64,000 nt of DNA from a candidate division FCPU426 bacterium (GCA_963771075.1 CAVYSE010000026.1:80687-144686), one strand, 5' to 3'. Positions 10,995 through 21,575 are shown, counted from the stretch's first letter. Notes: generated from the letters alone by a model not told the origin. A program made the numbers and translations.

Positions 10995-11040
10995 TTGACA
11001 GGGTCCGCTTTTGGATGATAGCCTTGTTAAAACGCTTTAA
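10995..11040 (+). promoter_or_regulatory. Sigma70-type promoter with candidate LacI operator
   Basis: TTGACA at 10995, TAGCCT at 11019, palindrome TTAAAACGCTTTAA at 11027-11040 over the likely start site. Confidence 0.6.
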
Positions 11041-11064
11041 TGATTCCCTGAAAATTAATGTTAA

Positions 11065-11835
11065 TTGGCGGAGAACGGATTGAAACTTAAGTTTGTGTTG
11101 CTGGGGATCATGTTCGCGATCGGTTCGACTATTCCCTTGTTTTATTTTGGATGTGGGGTCCAGAACCCCAACGAGCCCAACTGGGGATATCCGACCTCCA
11201 CTCCGATCCTTCCTCCCGCGAATACCGCCACTCCTAATCCGTCCGTCACCCCCGTGCCTACCCTGCCTGGATCCATTTTCAATTCGGGCGCCTCTGTTTT
11301 GCCCTGGTCGATCAATACGGGCAGTTCCACGGAGGGGAACACCTCGGGGACTGCCATGGGATTTAATTCCTCCTTCAGCGGCTGCTCGACTTTCACCGGG
11401 GCCATGGAGATCACGATCGGGTTCACGGGTCCCCAACAGGCGGTTTATGTCCAAGACACGCTGTCTTCGGTGGTCAATCTCAGCGGGCTTTCGATCAAGG
11501 CAATCCTGGAAGTGAACGGCGGCTGGAACGGCGATTCGGAACAGGTCTATGGCGCCATTTTCATTCAAGAAAACGTCAGCCCCTATGCCGCCATCTATCA
11601 AAACGGGACGGCTTTTTGCAGCTCCTCCTGTCCCGCCAACAGTTCGGGTTGCGTGACCCTAACTTTGACCATCCCTTCATCCACGACCGCGGTCGGAAGC
11701 TACTCGGGTTATAACGTTTACAACGGTCCCTATGACCCCACCCAAACGCAGATCGTAGGGCTGCAACTTGGGACCGGCAACAGCGGTACGGGCTTTTCTT
11801 CGACAATCATCGATGTTCAAAGTTGGCTCTATTAA
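11065..11835 (+). CDS. Putative lipoprotein with a CBM-like beta-sandwich domain
   Basis: Lipobox FGC, Pro/Thr linker, and a C-terminal IVGLQLG motif shared with 18467-19159. Confidence 0.6.
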   Translation: MAENGLKLKFVLLGIMFAIGSTIPLFYFGCGVQNPNEPNWGYPTSTPILPPANTATPNPSVTPVPTLPGSIFNSGASVLPWSINTGSSTEGNTSGTAMGFNSSFSGCSTFTGAMEITIGFTGPQQAVYVQDTLSSVVNLSGLSIKAILEVNGGWNGDSEQVYGAIFIQENVSPYAAIYQNGTAFCSSSCPANSSGCVTLTLTIPSSTTAVGSYSGYNVYNGPYDPTQTQIVGLQLGTGNSGTGFSSTIIDVQSWLY

Positions 11836-11853
11836 ATTTGGCTTAAGGTTTAC

Positions 11854-14800
11854 ATGAAATTGAAATACCAAATCCTGGGGGCGGTGTTTTACGCCGCCTT
11901 TTTTGTTGTGAGTCAGGTCCATGCGCTTCCGGGCGGGACATTCGTTTGGGAGGATTTCGAATTAGGGACCTCCTACTGGGGGACCCAGTTCGAGACCAAC
12001 GCCATGGAAGATGGGGTTATATCACCTGATTTTCCAACGAGCGGTAAATCGTGTTTCCGGGGCCATTTTCAACTCGGCCCAGGGGGAGGGCGGATCGCCT
12101 TTTCCACCGCCCAAGCGGGAGACTTGACGGGCACGACCGCCCTCACCGCGGATTTTTACAATTCATCACCCCTCACCTTTACCGGCTCAGTCATCCTCAA
12201 ACAGGGTCCTTCCTGGAATTGGCTCAAGTCTGCCGAAGTGGCGATAGCGCCCGGGTGGAACCGGAATATTTCGTTCGACCTTTCCACCCTGAACCCCAAG
12301 AGCGATCTTAAACAAGCGGCCTTTGTTTTTGAAACGAAACAGGAAGGCGAAGGTTATTTCTATATGGATAACCTTCGGTTGACAGGCGCTGACCCGGATA
12401 AGGTCATACGTCTTACCCCCGAAGACCTGGCCACGGGGACGCCTGTTTTGGTGACGGGGTTTGAGGATACGAACAATCCATTCGCGCCCGATAAGGATTG
12501 GTCCTCGGCGACTGACGCGGAGGTGCGTCCGGTTCAAACCACCGAGGGAAAGCAAGCCGTCTTTTTCGATTTCGAGAACAAATCACCGGATGACCGCGCC
12601 ACCTTTGTGCTGGAATCCGACATGGACCTGTCCCTCGCCAATGGGGTGGTGATGGATGTGTTCGTCCCCGGGGATGACCCCATGGACACATCGGTGGTAT
12701 TAAATATCGGGGCGAAGTGGGATTATTACGAATCTTCCACCCAGCCCCTGAAACCCGGCTGGAACAAGGACGTGAGCATCTCCTTGAAGGCCAAGACCTT
12801 CAAATGCGCCGCGAATAATTACACGAATACCTCCCCGGTCAAGGGCCTCAATACGATCCGCAAATTCGGTCTTTCCATCGCCTCCCATCAGATCGGGAAA
12901 GGCTACGTCGTCGTGGATAACGTGAGGCTGCTGTCGAATGACGCCCCCGCCCTGGAAAAAATCGTCCGGGACGCGGTGCCTTTTCTTCCGCCGGCTGTCG
13001 GCACCGATCACTTGCTTGAAAGTTTTGAGAAGGGGAAGACCCCGTGGCAAGCCATCGGCGGAACTTCCAAAGCCACCGAGGCTGTCATCGTCACGTCCAA
13101 AAACGCCACGGAGGGAACCCATATGTTGAAGGTTTCTTTCGCTTTTGACGGGGACGGGCAACAGGCATGGTTTGGTTTCGACCAGAACGAGAGCATGAAT
13201 TTGAAAGATTCCAGCGCGGTAAAGGTGGATATCTATAACCCGCAGAAAGAAACCTTGCAGGCGGGAATGGTGTTGAAAACGGGAGACAACTACGACTGGG
13301 TTGAGGCTAATCCCGCGGAAGTCAAGCCGGGTTGGAACCGCAACGTGACCTTTTTATTGAAATCGAAGAACTTCAAGAATGCCGCAAGCGGCTGGAAAAA
13401 CACCGCCTTTGCCGAACAATTGGACCAGGTCAAGAGCCTTTATATCGGCTTTTATCATAACGGACCCCTGACGGGTTCGGCCTATTTTGATAATGTCCGG
13501 GTGACCGGCACGACCGAAGTGGCGATGGGGAAACCAACCGGTTCCCATGGCGAGGTTACGGGGCGTTCCGTCTTGTGGGACCCCCTCTACAACGCCGCGG
13601 CGGATGGGTGGGAAGCGCAAACCAGCGCGGGGAGCAATTCTTTCGCGGTGGTTTGCAATTACACCCTGTTGGAAGGAAAGAATGTAGTGGACATGCGATA
13701 CCGGACCTTTGCCGAGGACCAAGCCGCCCAGTACGTAAAAAGCAAATATGTGGACTGGAGCAACGTCCTGGCGGTCCAGTTTGATTTCTTCAACCCTCAA
13801 CCCTACTCCATCACCTTCACCCTGGCGGTCCAAACGGGTCCGGAATCGGAATGGCAAGAAAGTACGGAATATTCCTTGAAGCCGGGTTGGAACCGGGCGG
13901 TCAAGGTGAATGTTTCGGAGCCCATTTTTAAATCACTCGAAACGAACTGGTCCTCGACCGATTACCTCAGAACCCGTGAGGATATAAGAACCGTTATCGT
14001 TAATGTCCATCCCCATCACATGGGTGACGGGCACCTTTATATGACCAATTTGCGAACGATTGAAAGAGATATCGTCGGTTCGGCGACGAATTCGAAGGAT
14101 GTGGGTTCGGTTATTGGGATCACTTCCGAAACCCAATTGTCGGTTCGGACCTTGCAGTACATCCCGTTCGAGAGTTTCGAAGGAAATATGCTCCCTTGGC
14201 AACCCAGCAACAACGCCATCCTAAGCCGGAGTAATTTATACGCCACCGATGGGACCCATTCCCTCGAGGTGGATTACCAGGCCGTCTTCGGGGCTGGCGC
14301 GAACGCGATTAGTCCCGTGATCCAGTACACCCCCTCCTCCGGGACCATGGACCTTTCCTCCTATACTCATTTTGAATTTGACGCTTACAACCCGGGCCAG
14401 CCACTACAGGTCACGGTCCAGTTTTATACCGGCGGAACCTATAACGGCAACAGCAGTGGAGAGGACATTGAATCCCAATCCGTGACTGTCAATTGCGGGT
14501 GGAACCACAATTTGGATATCCCGCTTGTGGGGAATAATTTCAAGTCGGCCGCAAGCGCTTGGCGGTTTTGGGACACCCTGCGTAATGCCAATCAGGTTAA
14601 CAAGATCTGCATGAAAATCTCAGGTTTGGCGGGATTGCCGGGTCGGGGCACCTTTTACTTGGACAATTTGCGCTGGTTGGGTTCTGGTTCCCAACAGGTG
14701 GACGGTGTGGCGGGCGAGACGATGGCGTTTAAGTTCAATCCCTCGGATCAAATCCAGCTGTTGGTGCAGGGATCAGTGATGGGGACGCAAAACAGCCAAG

Positions 14801-16059
14801 CCCAATTCACCCTGGACAAAATTCGACTGGACGTCCGGGCGGGCGGAAACGAGTTGTCCATCTTCACTGGCGACCAATTGAGTGGATCGGATGACCCGAT
14901 GCAGTTAATGAGCGGGCCGTCCCTGGGGAACCAGATTTTCGGAGCGGAGGACCATTATTCCATCGGGGACGTGGGGATGCTTCAAGCTTCCGGTTTCGCT
15001 CAGTATGGAACGACGCCCAATTCTTTGGGGAATTCAGCCGGGTATCTTTTTCGATTCAAGACGGTCTCAGTTGAGGATTGCTGGCTGGGCGCCGGCTTCT
15101 TGGATGGCCGTTATGGGAACATGCCCGGGTCCAATCCCTTGACGTCGAACGTGGAAGCGGATATCCAAACCTATGAGGTTGATTTCAACGGTTATCTCCG
15201 AGATATCCATCTGCAGTTGTTCGGCGAAGTCGCGGAAAGCGACTATTCGGCCTATCCGGGAAGCTCCTATTTCATGTCCGATCAAAACAACCAAGCTTAT
15301 GACGTGGGTTTCAGCTACCAAATCGGCGCTTTCAAATTCTCGGCTGGAAGAACCGTTAACCAGATCAGCTTTTTCATGCCTTACGAGGGATCGGGTCCCG
15401 CAGCGGGTGCGATCCAGAACAATTTCCAGATCTATTGGGCCACGGATACCCTCCCCCTTGTCAAGGACATGGAAAATTGGAGCTCCTTCTGGGGTGATTT
15501 TCTCACCAACCTGAACCTTCAGGTCCAGTATTACGATTACGCCTCATTGATCAACACTGACAGCAATTACGGCGTGCGATGTATCTTGTCGAATAACACG
15601 GATAAATCGCCCCTTTTCATGAATTTCTGGTGGTATTACTACTATGACGGTTCCGACGCCGGTGATTCTTCATTGCCCAATCCTTCGATGGATACGCACA
15701 TCCAGGAAATCACTTCGAACTATGAACTCCACTACAAAATCACCCCGCATTTCTTGGCTACGGGCATTTTCAGGGACGATTTGACGGAGTGGTGGGAAGA
15801 CTTAACTTATGACGCGGGCCTGAAATACAAGTTCTGGGGAAACACATGGCTCAAGGGTGACGTGAAGTGTGTGGACCAAACCGGATACCGCTTCGGCCAA
15901 TACACCAACATCAATGCGAGCGTGACTAAGTATTTTATGAACAATTCAGTCTTGGCAACCCTGAGTTATGGGCTTCCCAGTTTTATCGGCTATTGGGAGG
16001 CGGATAATAATCTCGAAACCCTCGACCAGTGGCAATTCTCCATAACAGGGAAGTTCTAA
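11854..16059 (+). CDS. Large secreted protein: five CBM-like modules plus a putative outer-membrane beta-barrel
   Basis: Signal peptide; five ~180-aa repeats each with (P)GWN and a xxD/TNxR end; aromatic-rich C-terminal ~450 aa ending QWQFSITGKF. Confidence 0.6.
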   Translation: MKLKYQILGAVFYAAFFVVSQVHALPGGTFVWEDFELGTSYWGTQFETNAMEDGVISPDFPTSGKSCFRGHFQLGPGGGRIAFSTAQAGDLTGTTALTADFYNSSPLTFTGSVILKQGPSWNWLKSAEVAIAPGWNRNISFDLSTLNPKSDLKQAAFVFETKQEGEGYFYMDNLRLTGADPDKVIRLTPEDLATGTPVLVTGFEDTNNPFAPDKDWSSATDAEVRPVQTTEGKQAVFFDFENKSPDDRATFVLESDMDLSLANGVVMDVFVPGDDPMDTSVVLNIGAKWDYYESSTQPLKPGWNKDVSISLKAKTFKCAANNYTNTSPVKGLNTIRKFGLSIASHQIGKGYVVVDNVRLLSNDAPALEKIVRDAVPFLPPAVGTDHLLESFEKGKTPWQAIGGTSKATEAVIVTSKNATEGTHMLKVSFAFDGDGQQAWFGFDQNESMNLKDSSAVKVDIYNPQKETLQAGMVLKTGDNYDWVEANPAEVKPGWNRNVTFLLKSKNFKNAASGWKNTAFAEQLDQVKSLYIGFYHNGPLTGSAYFDNVRVTGTTEVAMGKPTGSHGEVTGRSVLWDPLYNAAADGWEAQTSAGSNSFAVVCNYTLLEGKNVVDMRYRTFAEDQAAQYVKSKYVDWSNVLAVQFDFFNPQPYSITFTLAVQTGPESEWQESTEYSLKPGWNRAVKVNVSEPIFKSLETNWSSTDYLRTREDIRTVIVNVHPHHMGDGHLYMTNLRTIERDIVGSATNSKDVGSVIGITSETQLSVRTLQYIPFESFEGNMLPWQPSNNAILSRSNLYATDGTHSLEVDYQAVFGAGANAISPVIQYTPSSGTMDLSSYTHFEFDAYNPGQPLQVTVQFYTGGTYNGNSSGEDIESQSVTVNCGWNHNLDIPLVGNNFKSAASAWRFWDTLRNANQVNKICMKISGLAGLPGRGTFYLDNLRWLGSGSQQVDGVAGETMAFKFNPSDQIQLLVQGSVMGTQNSQAQFTLDKIRLDVRAGGNELSIFTGDQLSGSDDPMQLMSGPSLGNQIFGAEDHYSIGDVGMLQASGFAQYGTTPNSLGNSAGYLFRFKTVSVEDCWLGAGFLDGRYGNMPGSNPLTSNVEADIQTYEVDFNGYLRDIHLQLFGEVAESDYSAYPGSSYFMSDQNNQAYDVGFSYQIGAFKFSAGRTVNQISFFMPYEGSGPAAGAIQNNFQIYWATDTLPLVKDMENWSSFWGDFLTNLNLQVQYYDYASLINTDSNYGVRCILSNNTDKSPLFMNFWWYYYYDGSDAGDSSLPNPSMDTHIQEITSNYELHYKITPHFLATGIFRDDLTEWWEDLTYDAGLKYKFWGNTWLKGDVKCVDQTGYRFGQYTNINASVTKYFMNNSVLATLSYGLPSFIGYWEADNNLETLDQWQFSITGKF

Positions 16060-18467
16060 TGGAAAAGAATATTCATTCAATCGTTAACTTCCGCCTGAAA
16101 CAAACTGTGGTTTTTTGCTCTGCGATTATTTTAAGTTTGGGGTTGCTGTGGCACTCCCCAGTCCATGCCGCGAATGGGAAGAAAAAACAAAAGAAGCCGA
16201 CCGTGGCTTCTCCGACGGAGGCCATGGGCCTGCGGGTAAACGGCCTTGCCTTGCAAGTGGATGGAAAAACATCATTTGCCGCGGGCTTGGAGGCTCCCGG
16301 CCTCTACCGGTTGCCTGCCGCCCAACAAGCTGCTTTTTTCACCCAGGCCAAGAATGCCGGCGTGGAAATGGTTAAGACCAACGCCTTCTCCCTGGGACGA
16401 GTGGCCATGCCGATCCAAACTGGCCCCGGAAAATGGGATGAGGGCGCATTATCCGCCCTGGATGGTATGGTGGCCGCCGCCGGGAAAACAGGGATCAAGC
16501 TGGTTCTCGACCTGTGCGCTGATTCGGGGCCGGAGGGGGGGAAAGAAACCTACGCATCCTGGGTGGGTAGCTCCAACCCGGGAGTTTTCTTCCTCGACTA
16601 TGGGTGCAAGGCCTGGTATCAGCGATATGTCCGCATGCTTCTGGCCCGAGTCAACAAGGTTACGGGCAGTCCTTACTCAAAGGACCCAACTATTTGGGCC
16701 TTCAACCTGATCGACGCTCCCGCTTATCCTGGCGGGGAGGGCGCGATCGCCAATCAGTGGGTTTCGACCATGGCCAATTTCGTGAAGGGCCTGGGCACAA
16801 CCGCGAAGATTGTCCTTGCTCTGGATCCAACGGCTCCGGGGTTATCCGGGGTTGAGCTGGCGGGTCAACCGGGCGTCGATTTTGTAATGGAAGAAATGGT
16901 CGCGAACGCCCCCTCGCCCGCCCTTTGGGCCCCGAAAATCGGGAAACCAGTTCTGCAAATTGTGGGAAATGCCCAAGCCGCCACGCCGGGATCGACAGCC
17001 GGTTCCCTCCTATCGATGGATCCCACGGCTACCTTTAATTGGGCTCTATTGAAAAAAACGATATCAACGCAAACCTTGGCATTCACACCTTCAAGCGCAG
17101 GCCTGTTTACCGGACTTTCCGCTTCCCCTGCCGGGGATGCGGTGGTGGACTGGGACGCGTCCGAATCGATCGCGGTCACCCTCGCCGCTCCCGCGCAAGT
17201 GACCATTCGATACGGTGAAAAGGGCCTCCTGAACACTGAAACCACCCCGACTCCGGAGAAAAACACAAGCTACCTTGTCCAGTTGAAAGGACTTTCGACT
17301 GGAACCCGTTACGCCTATCAGGTTAAGGCCGTGGGTTCAACGGCGGTCCAGTTTTCGAACATCCAAACCTTTGATACGCCCATTTTGAAAAGGTTGGTGG
17401 TTTCGCCCTCGCCCATGACCCGGAACTTCATCACAGTCAGGGGGACCCAGTTTTACGATGGTGAAAAGCCCTTCCGGTTCGTGGGCACCAATAACTATTA
17501 CCTGCATTACATGCCCGATTCGATCGAGTACATCATGAGCGAGGCTGAAAAAATGGGCTTTACGGTAATGCGGACATGGGCTTTCGGGGAATCTTCCAAA
17601 CCCGTTCCGGATGATTGGGAAAAACTCCGGTATTTCCAGGTGGGCCCTGGCCAGTTCGTTGAATCGAACTTGAAACTTTTGGACAAGGTCGTCGCCTCCG
17701 CCGCCAAGCACCATATCCGCCTGGTGCTGGCCCTCTCGAACAATTGGAACGATTTTGGCGGGGCGCCCCAATGGGTTAAATGGTATGGGTCCCCGGATAA
17801 AAATGATTTTTTTGATAATCCGGCGATCGAAAAGGGTTATCAGGATTACATGGCGGCCATCGTAAACCGAGTGAATACCCTGACCGGTGTGGCTTATAAG
17901 GACGATCCCACGATCTTCGCCTGGGACCTAATGAACGAGCCCCGCGACGAAAAAGACAAAACCGGAACCCTGTTGGTTGCCTGGATCGACCAGATGGCAA
18001 TGTTTTTGAAAAAGCAGGGGGTCAAACAATTGGTCACGACCGGTTCGGAAGGGCTGAGGGCGGTCAATGGCACCCATTATTCGGGAACGGACTTTATCCG
18101 TGACCACCAGTCGCCGGCGATTGATTACGCGGTCTTCCACGTTTATCCAACGATGAATGGATCAGGATGGAATATGACCACAATATCTTCCATCCTTTCC
18201 GCCTATGTGAAAGACGCCCATGAGGTCTTGAAAAAGCCGGTCGTGATGGAGGAATTCGGAATCGAAAAGGGGAAACCGGGCCGTCCCCAAGCCCAATATA
18301 TATATGGAATGATGAGCGCGTTCTATGCGGACGGGGGGGATGGCTGCGGTTACTGGATGCTGGAGGAACCCCATTACTCAGGGGACGCGAATTGTTTCAG
18401 CCCCGACGATACGGATATCGTGAATTTGTTCGTTTTGCAGTCTAAAAAAATGACAGGAGGGAATTAA
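16059..18467 (+). CDS. Endo-beta-1,4-mannanase, GH5, with a degenerate N-terminal GH5-like domain and an FN3-like linker
   Basis: C-terminal domain has FVGTNNYYL, MRTWAF, NNWNDFGG, WDLMNEPR and VMEEFG. ATG at 16059 overlaps the upstream TAA. Confidence 0.85.
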   Translation: MEKNIHSIVNFRLKQTVVFCSAIILSLGLLWHSPVHAANGKKKQKKPTVASPTEAMGLRVNGLALQVDGKTSFAAGLEAPGLYRLPAAQQAAFFTQAKNAGVEMVKTNAFSLGRVAMPIQTGPGKWDEGALSALDGMVAAAGKTGIKLVLDLCADSGPEGGKETYASWVGSSNPGVFFLDYGCKAWYQRYVRMLLARVNKVTGSPYSKDPTIWAFNLIDAPAYPGGEGAIANQWVSTMANFVKGLGTTAKIVLALDPTAPGLSGVELAGQPGVDFVMEEMVANAPSPALWAPKIGKPVLQIVGNAQAATPGSTAGSLLSMDPTATFNWALLKKTISTQTLAFTPSSAGLFTGLSASPAGDAVVDWDASESIAVTLAAPAQVTIRYGEKGLLNTETTPTPEKNTSYLVQLKGLSTGTRYAYQVKAVGSTAVQFSNIQTFDTPILKRLVVSPSPMTRNFITVRGTQFYDGEKPFRFVGTNNYYLHYMPDSIEYIMSEAEKMGFTVMRTWAFGESSKPVPDDWEKLRYFQVGPGQFVESNLKLLDKVVASAAKHHIRLVLALSNNWNDFGGAPQWVKWYGSPDKNDFFDNPAIEKGYQDYMAAIVNRVNTLTGVAYKDDPTIFAWDLMNEPRDEKDKTGTLLVAWIDQMAMFLKKQGVKQLVTTGSEGLRAVNGTHYSGTDFIRDHQSPAIDYAVFHVYPTMNGSGWNMTTISSILSAYVKDAHEVLKKPVVMEEFGIEKGKPGRPQAQYIYGMMSAFYADGGDGCGYWMLEEPHYSGDANCFSPDDTDIVNLFVLQSKKMTGGN

Positions 18468-19159
18468 TGGGATCGTTTAGAATCTCGGCTATTTCCCACC
18501 TGCTTTTCGCGATTGCGCTTTTGTTGGGAGGATGCGGCCAGGTTACGGGCCCCATCAGTCCTTTCTATAACCCGACGATCCTGCCTGCGTGGGGATCTTT
18601 CAACGACGGAACGACCGACAATTGGGTTTTTGATTCTTCCAATCCTAACATCACCAATCCGCTCCCATTGTCAGTAACCGCCCCGGGTTTCCAGGGATTA
18701 CCCTATGCTTTGGACATTGCCATCCCGGCCTATGGTTATTCAGCGGGAAGCACGGTTGAATTAAGCAGCTATTCCGTACATTACCAGATTGTCAGTTCGG
18801 GACCAGGCCTGAACTTGACCGATATGACTCTCTCCATGTGGGTGAAATTGGAGTCCGGGGTTGTAACTCCACCCAACCAGATTGGGGCGCAAATTTTTGT
18901 TAAGGATGGGCCTGAGACGATCAATGGGGTTGTTCATAACTACCAATATGGAAACGGCACCTTTGTGAAACTTGTCCCGGGGCAATGGATGCAAGTGACA
19001 TATAACGTGAAAGCCCCCAATTATCAGGCTAATCCACCGCCGGACGTGTCCAATATTTACCAAGTAGGCCTTCAACTAGCGGGGAATGGCTCGTCTTTGT
19101 TTACATCCAACGGGGTCGTCTACGCGGCCAGCCTTGGTTACCAACCCAATCCTTATTAG
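18467..19159 (+). CDS. Putative CBM-like lipoprotein
   Basis: Lipobox LGGC; LVPGQW and YQVGLQL motifs; translationally coupled to the GH5 gene. Confidence 0.6.
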   Translation: MGSFRISAISHLLFAIALLLGGCGQVTGPISPFYNPTILPAWGSFNDGTTDNWVFDSSNPNITNPLPLSVTAPGFQGLPYALDIAIPAYGYSAGSTVELSSYSVHYQIVSSGPGLNLTDMTLSMWVKLESGVVTPPNQIGAQIFVKDGPETINGVVHNYQYGNGTFVKLVPGQWMQVTYNVKAPNYQANPPPDVSNIYQVGLQLAGNGSSLFTSNGVVYAASLGYQPNPY

Positions 19160-19517
19160 CCGGGATTGAGGCCGATCAGCTCTTTTAGACAGTTTAAGCC
19201 TAACTCTTTTCATGGGTTTTGCCGCAAACCCAACATCCTTCATTTTTCAACGAAAGTTTTAGAATCACAAACAAAACCCAATATTTACCACAGAGACACG
19301 GAGACACATGCCGACCATCCTTGAGACATTAAGTGGGGTCGGTATTGTCCCGATTTCTTTCGCTTTTTGGGCGAAAGGGGACAGAGTAAACCCGGACAAT
19401 TGGTTTAAGATTCCATGAATTTAGAAAGGTTTTTTCTGTGCCTCTGTGGCCGCCAAAGGCGGCCTGGGGTGAAATTAGGTAATGTTATAGTCTCTTAATT
19501 TCCAGAGGAGGCTCTTC

Positions 19518-21449
19518 ATGCGTCACGCATTTAAGGGTTACATGGCCGGGGCCGGAGCCTGTCTGATGGCGGCTATCGCCGGGGCTCAAACCCAACTTCC
19601 GCCAATTTTTGGGGATCACATGGTCCTTCAGCGGGAATTGTCCATTCCAATCTGGGGAAAGGACACGCCCGGCCAAAAGGTTATCGTGACTTTGGCGGGG
19701 AAAACGGCTCATGGCATAGCGAATAAAGACCGTAAGTGGAAGGCGATCCTGCCCGAAATGAAGGCGGGCGGTCCTTATGAAATGACGGTGCAAGGGTCGA
19801 GTGGTGTGACGTTGAAGGATGTTTGGGTTGGGGAGGTGTGGGTGGCCTCGGGACAATCCAACATGGAACTACCCTTGAATAATACCCTCGATACGGCAAA
19901 GGAAGTGCCTTCAGCCGCCCATCCCCTTATTCGATGGTTTGTTCAGGACCGCCGCTTGTCGGACCATCCCGAGAAAGAACCGATCGGGACCTGGAAGGTT
20001 TGTTCCCCTGAAACGGCCAAGGACTTTTCCGCAGCGGCCTATTATTTCGCGAAAAAAATAAGCAACGATTTAAAGGTCCCCGTGGGGATTTTAGGAACTT
20101 ACTGGGGCGGAACCTGGATCGAGTCCTGGACTCCCGAGGAATCCTTCCAGAACAACCCCGCCATCAAACCCATCCTCGACAGTTGGAATAAACTCTCCCC
20201 TTCCGAGAGGATGTCCCAATGCGGGCTTCAAGAGATGAAAATGGAAATCAAGCGTTTGCGCGTGACTTCTAACGATCCATCTCGGAATCCCGTGACCCTG
20301 CTTTCGCCAGAGGGAAGCTGGTTTTCCAATGCCCAGCCTGGATCGGCTATTACCTTCACCGTGGAAAATAAGGAGGGCTCAAATTCGGATCCGGTTGGAC
20401 AACTCAAGGCCGAAATCCAGACGGGGGGATGGGGAAATAGCACCTGCTCCTTTAAAGCCTCGGGTGGTTCCATCGACTTGAGCGCCTATGACACCATCGA
20501 ATTTGAGGCAAGGGGCTATGGGAAATTGAACGCAATATTGGAACAGCCGATTGTGACCGATTGGGATAACTATGGGTCAGCACCATTCACCCTGACCTCG
20601 GATTGGAAGTCTTATCAGATTCCTTTCTCGAGCCTCAAGCAAAGCGGGTGGGGCAAACCCGAGCCTTTCCAACCCAAGGCTATCAACGCTTTTTGCCTCA
20701 ACCCCTGCGTCAACCCGATGGGAATGAGGCCGTTCGCCCTATATAACGGCATGGTTTCCCCCATGATCCCCTTCGGAATTCGGGGCGTGATCTGGTACCA
20801 GGGGGAAACAAACGTGGGAGAGGCGGAAAAATACAAGGAACTCCTTCCGGCCATGATCCAGGGTTGGCGTAAAGCGTGGGGCGAAGGTGATTTTCCGTTC
20901 TTATTCGCCCAATTACCGAACTGGCACGATCCTAACGCAAAGGCTGGGAATGGTTGGCCCGAATTGCGGGAGGCCCAAGCGTCGGCTTTGTCCCTCCCTC
21001 GCACCGAAATGGCGGTATTGATCGATTCGGGTGATCGAAACGACATTCATCCCAAGAATAAATCAGTTGTGGGTCTTCGGTTAGCATTGGCGGCCCTTCA
21101 CGAGGCTTATGGACGGAAGGGTGCCTTTAGCGGGCCTATCCTTGAATCCATTCTCTTGAAGGAGGGTAAGATCCATGTGCGATTTAAGCACCTGGATGGG
21201 GGATTTAAGGTGAAAGGCAAACAAATTGATGGTTTTGAGATTGAGGACGAAAAAGGTGGCTTTATTCCCGCGCAAGCCAAAATAGTAGGCAATGAAGTGC
21301 TGGTTTGGAACGACCAGATCGCCAATCCCAAGGGCGTCCGTTACGCATGGGCGGAAGACCCTAAATGCGATCTCTTCAATGGGGCCGATCTGCCTGCCGC
21401 TCCATTTCGAGCCGTATTGCCGACGGATCCTGCTAAACCCCTAAAATGA
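19518..21449 (+). CDS. Sialate O-acetylesterase-like (SASA/SGNH) carbohydrate esterase with an inserted CBM-like domain
   Basis: Motifs GEVWVASGQSNM, GVIWYQGETN, DIHPKNK and VRYAW; central insert DLSAYDTIEFEARG...WKSYQIPFSSL. Confidence 0.85.
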   Translation: MRHAFKGYMAGAGACLMAAIAGAQTQLPPIFGDHMVLQRELSIPIWGKDTPGQKVIVTLAGKTAHGIANKDRKWKAILPEMKAGGPYEMTVQGSSGVTLKDVWVGEVWVASGQSNMELPLNNTLDTAKEVPSAAHPLIRWFVQDRRLSDHPEKEPIGTWKVCSPETAKDFSAAAYYFAKKISNDLKVPVGILGTYWGGTWIESWTPEESFQNNPAIKPILDSWNKLSPSERMSQCGLQEMKMEIKRLRVTSNDPSRNPVTLLSPEGSWFSNAQPGSAITFTVENKEGSNSDPVGQLKAEIQTGGWGNSTCSFKASGGSIDLSAYDTIEFEARGYGKLNAILEQPIVTDWDNYGSAPFTLTSDWKSYQIPFSSLKQSGWGKPEPFQPKAINAFCLNPCVNPMGMRPFALYNGMVSPMIPFGIRGVIWYQGETNVGEAEKYKELLPAMIQGWRKAWGEGDFPFLFAQLPNWHDPNAKAGNGWPELREAQASALSLPRTEMAVLIDSGDRNDIHPKNKSVVGLRLALAALHEAYGRKGAFSGPILESILLKEGKIHVRFKHLDGGFKVKGKQIDGFEIEDEKGGFIPAQAKIVGNEVLVWNDQIANPKGVRYAWAEDPKCDLFNGADLPAAPFRAVLPTDPAKPLK

Positions 21450-21575
21450 GACCTTTTCCCGACTTTTAAGAAGTAAAATAGAAGGGTGGTTCATGGGCTT
21501 GAACTCTTTTTCCTTTTTCGCTCCTAAAGAAAAGCGAAAAAAAGAAGAGGGAAGCATCCCAACGGGGGTGTTCCG

